NCBI GenBank assembly: GCA_965363725.1
Contig: CBDTUS010000002.1
Location: 1 to 61,217 of the forward strand
Direction of reading: 5' to 3'
DNA length: 61,217 nucleotides
Source of the DNA: an uncultured bacterium
GTDB taxonomy: Bacteria; Krumholzibacteriota; Krumholzibacteriia; LZORAL124-64-63
Positions 45,720-54,709 of this stretch are shown piece after piece (the stretch's first letter is position 1; each line of letters begins with the position of its first letter). A program made the translations under genes and the position numbers. The notes under the pieces are model-generated. The model was not told where the DNA came from. It saw nothing but the letters and a program-made list of their open reading frames with translations, and did no database searches.

Positions 45720-46903
45720 CAGATGCCTCCGGGAAATAGAAATCGTATCGCTTCGGGAAACCGTTGCGCCCAGAAGGACTCGTTGTGGCGGTGCCCTTCG
45801 CCTTCGACCACCAGCAGGTCCCAACCGCCGACAAAACCCTGTTCGGTCAGAGTATCCTTCAACCGGCGCAAGCTGTCGATGTTATCGTCGACTCCGTTGG
45901 TGTCCTTGTCCTTAAGGTTGCCCCCCTCGCGGGTGCCCATGTCCACGTAGAGCATGATGTCGGTCTTGGTGCGGTCCGCGATCATATCCGGCAGCCGGCC
46001 GCCCGCATACATGATCGAAGGGGAGAAGGAACCACAGCGGCCGAACACGTCGGGATGGGTGTAGGCGCCATACAGCGTCATCAGGCCGCCGAAGGACGAT
46101 CCGGCGAGCCCCGTGTTTTCCGGGCCGGTGAGGGTACGGTAGTTCTCATCGATATAGGGCAGCAGGACATCGATCCAGGCCTGGAGATGTTTCCCGCCGC
46201 CGCCGCCGGACTCGCGGCTCGAACTGTACCAGGGCGTGTATTCGTGGCCGCGCCGATCCCCGCCGTTGGCCACCGCGACAACGATCAGGGGCGCGACCAC
46301 CTGCGCGGGTATCAGTTCTTCCAGCGTTTCGTCGACCTTCCACTCGCCAGCGAAACTGGTGGCGTCGTCGAAGACATTCTGGCCGTCCATCATGTAGAGC
46401 ACGGGATAGCGCTTACCTGGGTTGGTTTCGTATCCCGGCGGCAAATAAACCCAGACGCGGCGGCCGTCCAGGAAATCAGGCACCTCGACCAGGGTGATGT
46501 CGCCCGTCAGGGTCGACCGGCGAGTCTCGCCCTGCGCCCACCCGGTCACCGCCAGATCGAGGACCTCCGGGCTGGCGACCCGGTGCAGGCGGTTCTGGAT
46601 CTCCTGGCCCTGGGGCCCTTTTTCGACATGTTCCCAGCCACCCAGGGTGAATTTGAACTGGATAGACTGGCCCTCGTTCAGGGGAAGTACGATTTCCCAG
46701 AGATGGGCGCCCTTTTTTTCCAGCTGGAAATCCGGATCACCCGGCTGCCACGACTGGAAGTCGCCGGCAATGAAGACCACGGCATCATCGGGAGTGGATT
46801 CAGGAACGGTCACCCGGAAGGTGACGTTGACCTCGGCGCGAGTCAGTCCAGCCACAAGGACCAGCAGGACAGCGCAACCCAAAAAGGCGCTCAAGGATTT
46901 CAT
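45719..46903 (-). CDS. Secreted esterase (esterase-D/enterochelin-esterase-like fold) with N-terminal CBM20-like beta-sandwich
   Basis: Trimmed to MKSLSAFLGCAVLLVLVAGLTRA. VNVTFRVTVP...VFIAGDFQSWQP...WEIVLPLNEGQSIQFKF is starch-binding-module-like. YPVLYMMDGQNVF and GLAGSSFGG (GxSxG). Confidence 0.75.
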   Translation of the reverse strand: MKSLSAFLGCAVLLVLVAGLTRAEVNVTFRVTVPESTPDDAVVFIAGDFQSWQPGDPDFQLEKKGAHLWEIVLPLNEGQSIQFKFTLGGWEHVEKGPQGQEIQNRLHRVASPEVLDLAVTGWAQGETRRSTLTGDITLVEVPDFLDGRRVWVYLPPGYETNPGKRYPVLYMMDGQNVFDDATSFAGEWKVDETLEELIPAQVVAPLIVVAVANGGDRRGHEYTPWYSSSRESGGGGGKHLQAWIDVLLPYIDENYRTLTGPENTGLAGSSFGGLMTLYGAYTHPDVFGRCGSFSPSIMYAGGRLPDMIADRTKTDIMLYVDMGTREGGNLKDKDTNGVDDNIDSLRRLKDTLTEQGFVGGWDLLVVEGEGHRHNESFWAQRFPEAIRFLFPGGI

Positions 46904-47024
46904 GAATCGGTGTCCCCGAAGGAATAGAGGAATGCATTGATCGCGCGACAATAATACACGGCAGGGGTGGCAGATCACAACACCGGGAAGATCCGGGAGG
47001 GGAAAAAACCGGCAGGAGAATCGG

Positions 47025-47174
47025 TTACAGGTTCAGGGCCACCATGGGCAGGGCCACGCAGATGGTCATGAAGCCCAGAAACAACAGGCTCCAGACGCCG
47101 GCCTTGAGGCAGATATCCTTGAAGCAGAGTTTGTCCTGTTTTTGGGTCTTGGTCTTGGTCTTGGTCTCGTTCAT
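47025..47174 (-). CDS. Unannotated 49-aa small membrane protein (below ORF-track size cut-off)
   Basis: Minus sense: GGAGAAAAC-ATG..., translating to MNETKTKTKTQKQDKLCFKDICLKAGVWSLLFLGFMTICVALPMVALNL-TAA. It has its own promoter-like elements (next feature). The overlapping track ORF 46975..47232 looks non-coding. Confidence 0.35.
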   Translation of the reverse strand: MNETKTKTKTQKQDKLCFKDICLKAGVWSLLFLGFMTICVALPMVALNL

Positions 47175-47222
47175 GTTTTCTCCTGCAGGGTGGGTGGAGG
47201 AACGGATTCTCCTTGTCTTTAA

Positions 47223-47251
47223 ATCCTACCAATTTTATGGGCTTGAATCAA
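47223..47251 (-). promoter_or_regulatory. Sigma70-like promoter for the 49-aa ORF
   Basis: Minus sense: TTGATT (47251..47246), 17 nt spacer, TAGGAT (47228..47223), in an AT-rich 165-bp intergenic region. Confidence 0.35.
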
Positions 47252-47339
47252 CAACTGAGTATTCTATATCAAGAATGATATCCGTTCTCGATTCGAGGCG
47301 GGATCATTCCTTCCAACCGTCCCGGTATTCGGCCTGGTT

Positions 47340-48326
47340 TCATTCAGGAAAAGTCACTCCCACCAGGTCCATGACGTATTCTATGAGTATGGGTCGGGGA
47401 CCCTCCTGAATCTCCGGCGGACTGGCCACGTGGCGTTCGATAGCGGAGACCGGGCCCCAATCGGGAGCATAGAACGTGGTGCCGTAATTATAGGGGAAGA
47501 AGGTGCCGAGAATATCCCCGTCTTCGTTCGTAATCTCCTGCTCACCGAAATCCATCAGGTACATGCATTCCAGCACGTTTTCGAAGGTGCGTCCCCCCAC
47601 CGAGCGCTCGCCCACGGACCAGATCCGCCCGTGGAGCCAGATGTCATCGGCCAGGGCCGGAACCAGTTGCAGCGAAAATTCCGAACCTACCGACAGGTCG
47701 CCTTCCAGATAGACCCAGCTGTGGTTCGTGTCGACGTCCGCATATCCGTAATAGCCCGAGTCCTCAAAGGCGAAAGCGTATCCGCCCAGGAAAAAAGGTG
47801 GCCCGATATCCTCGAGGGACTTGGCCTCCAGCCCGTAGCGGGATTCAAGCGCCGGTCGCAGGTCGGGGCGGGCCCGGGCGATCATCGCCAGCGCCGGATC
47901 CACACCGGACCGCGTGACGCGAACGGGAGCCGCCGGAACATCAGGCATCTCCAGGTAAAATGTCTGGACGACGTTCTGCCCTTCGGCCCCCGATTGCGTG
48001 GTCACCATTCCATCCAGGGCGATGCGGTAAAGGCCCTCTCCCATTACAGCAACATCTCCCTGGATAGGGATCTGGAGTGCCGCATGGAGCTCTTCCATGG
48101 TGGGGATTTCGTTTTCCTTGACCGGATTATCCGGGGCCGGTACGACATCCAGATACTCCAGGTCGAAGGTCCAGGCGGTGCCGTCGGCATGGGGCCAGAT
48201 GTTGGCCATGGTCGGGACAGGCGCCTCGTCACCGGGGCAGTTGACACACTCGTCCTCGTCGTTGCAGGCGGAAACCAGGCAAAGGGAGCCGGTCAGAAAA
48301 ACCGCCAACAGAATTTTTTTCGACAT
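47340..48326 (-). CDS. Hypothetical lipoprotein (328 aa)
   Basis: Trimmed to MSKKILLAVFLTGSLCLVSAC (lipobox). Starts 11 nt after the GH31 stop. No family recognised. Confidence 0.6.
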   Translation of the reverse strand: MSKKILLAVFLTGSLCLVSACNDEDECVNCPGDEAPVPTMANIWPHADGTAWTFDLEYLDVVPAPDNPVKENEIPTMEELHAALQIPIQGDVAVMGEGLYRIALDGMVTTQSGAEGQNVVQTFYLEMPDVPAAPVRVTRSGVDPALAMIARARPDLRPALESRYGLEAKSLEDIGPPFFLGGYAFAFEDSGYYGYADVDTNHSWVYLEGDLSVGSEFSLQLVPALADDIWLHGRIWSVGERSVGGRTFENVLECMYLMDFGEQEITNEDGDILGTFFPYNYGTTFYAPDWGPVSAIERHVASPPEIQEGPRPILIEYVMDLVGVTFPE

Positions 48327-48337
48327 GGGATCCGCCT

Positions 48338-50455
48338 TCATTCTGGGCCTCGATTGCCGTCCCGATCCGACACCACCGTGGTTTCGATCTTCCACGTTCC
48401 GGGTTCCCAATCACCTTCGACCACCTTGATCTCCAGGTCGTCGTCGAACACGAACTCCGTCACGCGAAAGTCGCCCTCGCGGTAGCCGTAACCGTCCCCG
48501 TCGTCTTCGTACAAAAAGCCTGTGGCCCGGCCGTCCCGCCCGGGATTGACCAGCAGTTCCAACTCATCCAGCGGGCGTTGGTCCGACCATTGCATGATCG
48601 GCCCCAATGGTAGCACCGCCCCTTCGCGCAGGTAAAGATCAGGAAGGTCGGAATCGTCCAGGTCTCCCTCGACAAGACTCACCTTCACCCAGTTTCCTGC
48701 CGGCAGCACTGGCACGGGCTTTTCCCCCGGCCCGGTGTTGCAGGCGACCAGGAGATCGTTTCCCAAGAGGAAAGAATCATCTTCAGTACGCAGGGCGAGG
48801 TCGGCCGGATCCAGGAAGAACAGCGGTCGCACCGGCGGCAGACCCGTCTTGGCCGCTTCCCGCATCAATGAATACAGATACGGCAGCAGGCGGTACCGCC
48901 GTTGCAGAGCCAGACGACAGGTCTTTTCCACCTCGCCGCCGAACGACCACGGCTCCTTGTCGATGTTGCCCTTGCCAGTGTGGCCACGCGCGAATGGCTG
49001 CAGGGCGCCGATGCCCATCCAGCGGGCGAACATCTCCCCGGTGCCACCCCCCGCGAAACCGCCGATGTCCGGCCCCGACAGCGGCTGCCCCGACAGGCCC
49101 AGGTTCAGCACCATGCTCACCGAGTAATCCACGTGGGCCCAGCTGGCGGTGTTGTCGCCGGTCCAGCAGGCGGCCCAGCGCTGGCCGCCGAGGTGGTTGG
49201 CCCGCGATAACACAAAAGGCCTTTGCCGGGGACGGGAACGCTGCACGCCTTCCCAGGTCGCCCGGGCCATCAGCATCCCGTACACGTTGTGATAGCGGGC
49301 GTGGGGACCCGGCCCACCCAGTTCGGGGTCGGCGCGATGACGGTTGTTCCGGGGCATCGTCTTGGAGTCGACGTTGAAGACCGCCGGTTCGTTCATGTCG
49401 TTCCAGATGCCGTCGATGCCCTGCGAAAGGAACTGCCCGTAGAGGCCGCCCCACCATTGGCGCACCTGGCTCATGGTGAAATCGGGGAACACGCAGCGGC
49501 CCGGCCACACCGAGCCTACGAAAGGCGCTCCGGCGGCGGTCTGCACCCAGGCGTCGATGGCGTCGCCCGAATCGTAGACGTGATAGCCCATCTCCATCTT
49601 GATGCCCGGATCGATGATCGCCACGGTGTGGAAACCCTGACCGTGCAGTTCGGCGTTCAGCCCGCGCATGTCGGAAAAACTCCAGTCGTCGACCGTGAAG
49701 CTGCGAAACTCATCCATGTAGTCGATGTCGTACCAGATGACGTCGCAGGGAATGTCCCGCTCACGGAAGCCGGCGGCGATCTCGCGCACACGATCGTCAG
49801 GAGTGTAGGAGTACCGGCATTGGTGATACCCCAGGGCCCAGCGTGGCGGCAGGGGCATGGTGCCGGTCAGGCGGGCCAGCTCGCGGACCACCTCCTGCGG
49901 CGACTTCCCTTCGATGATGATCACCGGATATTCGGCACCGTCGGCCTCGAAGCGGATGCCCTGACTCAAGTCGATCAGGCAGCGGTTGGGGGTGTCGGCG
50001 ATCACGCCGAAACTGGAGCCGTCGGCGCGGACGGCCAGCACCCAGGGATGGGATTGGTACAGGTTGGCGGCGTCGCCGCCCCAGCCGTAGGCGTCGAAAT
50101 TCCAGGCCACGGTGCGAGTGCCGTTTCGGCGCAGCGGGCCGGGCACCTCACCGGTGCCGTAGAGGTCGGTGCCATTGGCGATACCGAGGAAGACCGAGGT
50201 CCGCCCCTGGATCCTGGTGAATTCGGGGGTCAGGTCCCAGTCCTCCGGCACACGGCCCGTCCCTTCCAGCGGCTCCTTCAGGCAGAGCGACGGCAGCGCT
50301 CCGTTCCGGGCTTCGGGCGACGCGTGAAATCGCACAATTCCCTCGCCCACACTTTCACCGATCGGATCTGCCGCCAGTGCGGATCCACACCCCAGGCAAA
50401 AGGCAAATGCAACGCCCCACCCCATCGATTCACGGATGCCACGCTGGGCTTTCAT
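48338..50455 (-). CDS. Glycoside hydrolase family 31 alpha-glucosidase
   Basis: GIDGIWNDMNEPAVF (nucleophile block), ACWTGDNTASW, GHTVAIIDPGIK. Signal/lipobox-like N-terminus ..FAFCLGCGSALA. Confidence 0.9.
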   Translation of the reverse strand: MKAQRGIRESMGWGVAFAFCLGCGSALAADPIGESVGEGIVRFHASPEARNGALPSLCLKEPLEGTGRVPEDWDLTPEFTRIQGRTSVFLGIANGTDLYGTGEVPGPLRRNGTRTVAWNFDAYGWGGDAANLYQSHPWVLAVRADGSSFGVIADTPNRCLIDLSQGIRFEADGAEYPVIIIEGKSPQEVVRELARLTGTMPLPPRWALGYHQCRYSYTPDDRVREIAAGFRERDIPCDVIWYDIDYMDEFRSFTVDDWSFSDMRGLNAELHGQGFHTVAIIDPGIKMEMGYHVYDSGDAIDAWVQTAAGAPFVGSVWPGRCVFPDFTMSQVRQWWGGLYGQFLSQGIDGIWNDMNEPAVFNVDSKTMPRNNRHRADPELGGPGPHARYHNVYGMLMARATWEGVQRSRPRQRPFVLSRANHLGGQRWAACWTGDNTASWAHVDYSVSMVLNLGLSGQPLSGPDIGGFAGGGTGEMFARWMGIGALQPFARGHTGKGNIDKEPWSFGGEVEKTCRLALQRRYRLLPYLYSLMREAAKTGLPPVRPLFFLDPADLALRTEDDSFLLGNDLLVACNTGPGEKPVPVLPAGNWVKVSLVEGDLDDSDLPDLYLREGAVLPLGPIMQWSDQRPLDELELLVNPGRDGRATGFLYEDDGDGYGYREGDFRVTEFVFDDDLEIKVVEGDWEPGTWKIETTVVSDRDGNRGPE

Positions 50456-50624
50456 GCCTTCCCTTCCCGTTCCAGCCAGTCGAATTTTGATCCGGATACT
50501 ATTCTAACCCATTCGAAACGGGTTGGCCCGGGCAATCCAGGTGATTTTTGTGTATCATGGGGAACCATATGATTCCCCCCCCGACAGGGACGATTTTCCA
50601 ACACTGCCCGGTGCAGGAGTACAC

Positions 50625-53342
50625 ATGGACGCAGGCAAATCCCTGGCTCATTACGAAATCCTCGCCAAGATCGGCGTCGGAGGCATGGGTGAAGTCTACC
50701 GGGCGCGCGACACCAAACTCGACCGCGAAGTCGCCCTGAAACTTTTGCCCGATGCCTTCACCCGGGATCCCGACCGCCACACCCGCTTCCACCGGGAAGC
50801 CCAAGCCCTGGCCGCCTTTTCGCACCCCCACGTGGCGGGCATCCACAACATCGAAGAAGAAGACGGCCAGCACTTCCTGGTGATGGAACTGGCCGAGGGC
50901 GAAGATCTGTCCGACCGGTTGACCAGGGGTGCCATCACGCCGAAAACCGCCCTGCAGATCGCCAGCCAGATCGCCCTGGCCCTCGAAGCCGCCCAAGAGA
51001 AGGGCATCGTTCACCGCGACCTGAAGCCAGCCAACATCAAGGTCACCGAAGAGGACCAGGTGAAGATCCTGGATTTCGGGCTGGCCAAGATGGTCGCCGA
51101 CGAAACCACGACCGACACCCTGGCCCTGGGCGATTCGCCCACCATGACCTCGAACATGACCCGCGAAGGCGTGATCCTCGGCACGGCGGCCTACATGAGT
51201 CCCGAACAGGCCCGAGGCAAGTCCCTGGACAAGCGCACCGACATCTGGGCCTTCGGCTGCGTGCTGTACGAAATGCTCACCGGCCGGCCGGCCTTCCCGG
51301 GCGATACCGTTTCGGACATCCTGGCGGGCATCATCAAATCGGACCCCGACTGGAAACTGCTGCCGGCCGATCTGCACCCCAGCGTCACCATGCTGCTGCA
51401 CCGGTGCCTGAAGAAGAACCCGCGCCAGCGGCTGCATGACATCGCCGACGCGCGCATTGTCCTGGATGACGTGATGAGCGGCACCGATTCGGGGATCGCC
51501 ACGGCACTCGGGACCCAAAAGTCCAATCGTGGTCTTCCCGTTTGGGTGGGCGTCTTGGGCATGCTGGCCATCGTCGGGTTGACGGCCAAGCTGTTCCTGG
51601 CGGAATCCCCCGAAGAGCCGTCTCCCGTACGGCTGTCGACCCTGACCTTCAGCGGCCAGGACTGGTCCCCCGACGCCTCGCCGGACGGCGATCTGGTGAC
51701 CTTTACCTCGAACCGCGATGGCATCCCCCGCATCTGGTTGAAACAGTTGGCCAGCGGCAGCGAAGTGCCGCTCACCGACGGGTCGGACGACCAGGCACGC
51801 TTCTCCCCTGACGGTTCCCAGATCCTTTTCGTCCACGACGAACAAAACATCCGCCATCTCTACCGCACCCCCGTTCTGGGTGGCCAGCCGCGCAAGGTCA
51901 TGGAAAACGTTACCGAAGCGGACTGGTCCCCTGACGGAACCGAGGTCGCTTTCCTGAGGATGTCCCAGCAGGCGGCCACCAATGCCTTCAATTTGGGGAT
52001 CGCCGATGTCCAGACAGGTACCGAAAGAATCCTGCTCACCGTGGACAATCGGTTGTGTTACGGGGTTCGCTGGTCGCCGGACGGACGCTGGATACTCATG
52101 ACCGAAAATGCCCTCAGCGGAAATCTGGTTGCCGCCGGGCAGCTTGATCTGGTGGACGTCGAAACCGGGGACATCCGGCAACTGCCCATTACCGACCTGA
52201 CCGGTTCGCTCACCGCCGCCGACTGGGCACCCGATGGAAAATCATTCCTGGTGGGCAAGACCCAGGAACTGCTGTCGCACATCATCGGCCGGCCCGGTCT
52301 GATCATGGAGTATTTCATCGAGACGGAAACAACCCGGCCATTGTTCTGGTCCCACTTCCGGACCCCGCAGGGCGGCTGGGGATTCGCGACCATTGCGGTG
52401 TTGAACGACCACCAGGTCGTTGTCGAGGGGTTCAAGCGCAACGCCATATTGCAGGAATTCCCCTGGCCCGGCACCGAAGACCCCGGTGGTACCGCCACAC
52501 CCCGAATCCTCACCACCAGTATCGGTTTCGACCGGCAGCCGGTCTATTCACCGGACGGGAAGCATGTCCTGTTTTCCTCGAACCGGGCGGGCAACATCGA
52601 CTTGTGGTTGGTGGAAAGGGCCACGGGAGATTTGCGCCAGTTGACCGACGACCCCGCTCATGACTGGGACCCCGCCTTTTCACCGGACAATGAACACATC
52701 CTGTGGAGTTCCAACCGCGGTGGCCACATGGAAGTCTGGATTTCCAACCTTGACGGCAGCGGCGCCAGGCAGGTCACCCAGGATGGTGAGGACGCAGAAA
52801 ATCCGACCATGACTCCGGACGGCCAGTGGATCATCTATGCCAGCGCCAATGACGAAAAAATCGGGCTGTGGAAAATCCGGCCCGACGGCACCGACGCGGT
52901 TCATCTTCACGAAGGAACCGACCTCATTCCCGAGGTTTCGCCCGACGGCCGCTACGTCCTGTTTTCCGTCATCCGCAGCCTCGATTACGTGATCAAGGTG
53001 GTGGACATCCACTCCGGTGAAGTCGTGCCCTTTGAAATCGAAATGTTACTGACCCAGCGCAACCAGGATGTGGTCTATGGTCGCGCCCGCTGGACTCCCG
53101 ACGGCAGCGGCATTGTCTACATAGGGCAGGACCCCGCTGGAAGAAGCGGCATCTACGTGCAGGATTTCACCCCCGGCCAGAACACGCACGCCACCCGGCG
53201 ACAGGTGGCCGGGTTCTCCATGCTGTATTCCAGTGAATCCCTGGGCGTTGCCCCGGACGGCAAGAGCCTCGTGGTCTCCACGATATTCAACCGGCAGACC
53301 CTCCAGATGGCCGACCTGCTGCAACTGGAGAACTGGCGCTGA
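50625..53342 (+). CDS. Ser/Thr protein kinase fused to TM helix and TolB-like (PD40) beta-propeller repeats
   Basis: Trimmed to MDAGKSLAHYEILAKIGVGGMGEVYRARD (AGGAG RBS). HRDLKPANI, DFGLAK. TM VWVGVLGMLAIVGLTAKLFL. Repeated ..SPDG..(I/L/V)(A/L/V)F.S.R.G motifs. Confidence 0.9.
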   Translation: MDAGKSLAHYEILAKIGVGGMGEVYRARDTKLDREVALKLLPDAFTRDPDRHTRFHREAQALAAFSHPHVAGIHNIEEEDGQHFLVMELAEGEDLSDRLTRGAITPKTALQIASQIALALEAAQEKGIVHRDLKPANIKVTEEDQVKILDFGLAKMVADETTTDTLALGDSPTMTSNMTREGVILGTAAYMSPEQARGKSLDKRTDIWAFGCVLYEMLTGRPAFPGDTVSDILAGIIKSDPDWKLLPADLHPSVTMLLHRCLKKNPRQRLHDIADARIVLDDVMSGTDSGIATALGTQKSNRGLPVWVGVLGMLAIVGLTAKLFLAESPEEPSPVRLSTLTFSGQDWSPDASPDGDLVTFTSNRDGIPRIWLKQLASGSEVPLTDGSDDQARFSPDGSQILFVHDEQNIRHLYRTPVLGGQPRKVMENVTEADWSPDGTEVAFLRMSQQAATNAFNLGIADVQTGTERILLTVDNRLCYGVRWSPDGRWILMTENALSGNLVAAGQLDLVDVETGDIRQLPITDLTGSLTAADWAPDGKSFLVGKTQELLSHIIGRPGLIMEYFIETETTRPLFWSHFRTPQGGWGFATIAVLNDHQVVVEGFKRNAILQEFPWPGTEDPGGTATPRILTTSIGFDRQPVYSPDGKHVLFSSNRAGNIDLWLVERATGDLRQLTDDPAHDWDPAFSPDNEHILWSSNRGGHMEVWISNLDGSGARQVTQDGEDAENPTMTPDGQWIIYASANDEKIGLWKIRPDGTDAVHLHEGTDLIPEVSPDGRYVLFSVIRSLDYVIKVVDIHSGEVVPFEIEMLLTQRNQDVVYGRARWTPDGSGIVYIGQDPAGRSGIYVQDFTPGQNTHATRRQVAGFSMLYSSESLGVAPDGKSLVVSTIFNRQTLQMADLLQLENWR

Positions 53343-53347
53343 CGAAC

Positions 53348-53367
53348 AAGGGCCCCCGGGGGCCCTT
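53348..53367. terminator. Palindromic GC hairpin between convergent kinase and nuclease genes
   Basis: AAGGGCCCCC/GGGGGCCCTT, a perfect 20-nt palindrome. Weak T-run, so efficiency is uncertain. Confidence 0.5.
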
Positions 53368-53393
53368 CATCCATCTCTTGAAAAATCCGGAGA

Positions 53394-54587
53394 CTATTTA
53401 AGCAGCAGCAGCGGCCGCGTGTCGCCCTGACCCGATCCCGCCCCCAAGACCCGGCAGAAGTAGGCCCCGCTGGGCACCCGGCCACCGGTATTTCCCGTTC
53501 CGTCCCACCGCACCTGATGGCTGCCCGCGGTGCGGTCGTCACTCAGCAGCGTGCGAACCAGCTGCCCGTCGACCGCGTAGATCTCCACGCGCACCGGCCC
53601 CGAGCGGGTCAGGGAAAAATCGATGGTGGTGGTCGGATTGAAGGGGTTGGGATAGATGTTGGCGATGCTGGCCACCGGACCAATCCCCGGCAGGCCGTCT
53701 TCGACACCCGCCACGACACCCTCGAAGAGATAGGCCACGAATTCGGGACGGTCGATGAACGGATTCCGGTTGCCCTGATAGGAGTGGACCACGTCGTTGC
53801 GATTGCGTTCCCGGCCGTCCACGGGGTCGTCGTAGTGCCACTGGATCAGCGTCTGCAACAGGCCCATATGGGCCACGGCGGCGTTGTCCGACACCACCAC
53901 GATCAGGCTGGGGTTGTCGGTCAGGATGAGGTCCGGCTCCGCGCCCTCATTCCCTTCGTAACGGATGTCGGCGTAGAACTGGGCCCGGGCCACGTCGCCC
54001 CGCCTGCCGATCCAGGTTTCCCAGATCGAACTGGTCCGCAGGTTCACCCCGACCTGGCCGTTGTAGTCATCCGTCGGGTAGCTGGAGCAGCCGGCGGTGC
54101 AGTTGTCGAAAATGTTGTTGCTGCGTGAGGTGTTGTAACCGTCGTCGCAGAGCATCAGCATGTGGCAGTCCGAATAGGGTTTGTTCGACGACCTGTCATC
54201 GGGAAAACCGTAGCTCTTGGGCCAGGTATGCTCGCGGTTGTACTCGTTGTTGCCGGCGCCGTGCTTGATAAAGGTCCGGTTCCGGTACACGTCGATGATA
54301 CGCTCGCAGTCGTTGGGGTCCTCGTCGGCCAGCTCGAGCACGTTCCAGGTGTCGGTCGAGGACGAGGTGTAGGGGATCTTGATGTGCCCGTCGATGATGT
54401 CGTGCAGGGTGGCGCGAATGGTGGCCGCATCGGTAAAATTCACCGAGTCGTAGTATCCAGAGGGCGCATCGGCGAGCGCGCCCGTCGAGACCGATACCCA
54501 CAGGGCGGCCAGGATTATCCAGGCGGGAATCCGGGGCGGGGGCGATGTTCTGATCCTTGGCCGCACTTGGATCCCTTCCATTCCCAT
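53394..54587 (-). CDS. Extracellular endonuclease I-family nuclease with T9SS-type C-terminal sorting domain
   Basis: YNREHTWPKSYGF and YQGNRNPFIDRPEF (Endonuclease_1 blocks). C-terminus IYPNPFNPTTTIDFSL...GAYFCRV...LLLLK. Confidence 0.75.
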   Translation of the reverse strand: MGMEGIQVRPRIRTSPPPRIPAWIILAALWVSVSTGALADAPSGYYDSVNFTDAATIRATLHDIIDGHIKIPYTSSSTDTWNVLELADEDPNDCERIIDVYRNRTFIKHGAGNNEYNREHTWPKSYGFPDDRSSNKPYSDCHMLMLCDDGYNTSRSNNIFDNCTAGCSSYPTDDYNGQVGVNLRTSSIWETWIGRRGDVARAQFYADIRYEGNEGAEPDLILTDNPSLIVVVSDNAAVAHMGLLQTLIQWHYDDPVDGRERNRNDVVHSYQGNRNPFIDRPEFVAYLFEGVVAGVEDGLPGIGPVASIANIYPNPFNPTTTIDFSLTRSGPVRVEIYAVDGQLVRTLLSDDRTAGSHQVRWDGTGNTGGRVPSGAYFCRVLGAGSGQGDTRPLLLLK

Positions 54588-54626
54588 CCCCCGGGAAAAA
54601 CTTCCCCTGTATGTTACAAGATATCA

Positions 54627-54635
54627 ATTATAACA
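54627..54635 (-). promoter_or_regulatory. Extended -10 promoter element (TGTTATAAT) for the nuclease gene
   Basis: Minus sense: AAAAGTGTTATAATTG, ~40 nt upstream of ATG 54587, in an AT-rich gap. Confidence 0.5.
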
Positions 54636-54709
54636 CTTTTCCCATCATTAATTAAAAAATAATGAACCCTGCCTCCCGAGGAAAGCGGAGTCCCGATAGA
54701 ATTCCACGA

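Noticed and set aside
46975-47232. 85-aa - strand track ORF
   Set aside because: Arg/Pro/Gly/His/Asp-rich nonsense sequence with no RBS. The 49-aa ORF in another frame with RBS and promoter is the better reading, though still tentative.
50499-52181. 560-aa - strand ORF
   Set aside because: Antisense shadow of the Ser/Thr kinase gene. Likewise 56310..58121 (+) is antisense to the M1 peptidase, and 43724..44890 (-) is antisense to 43841..44725.
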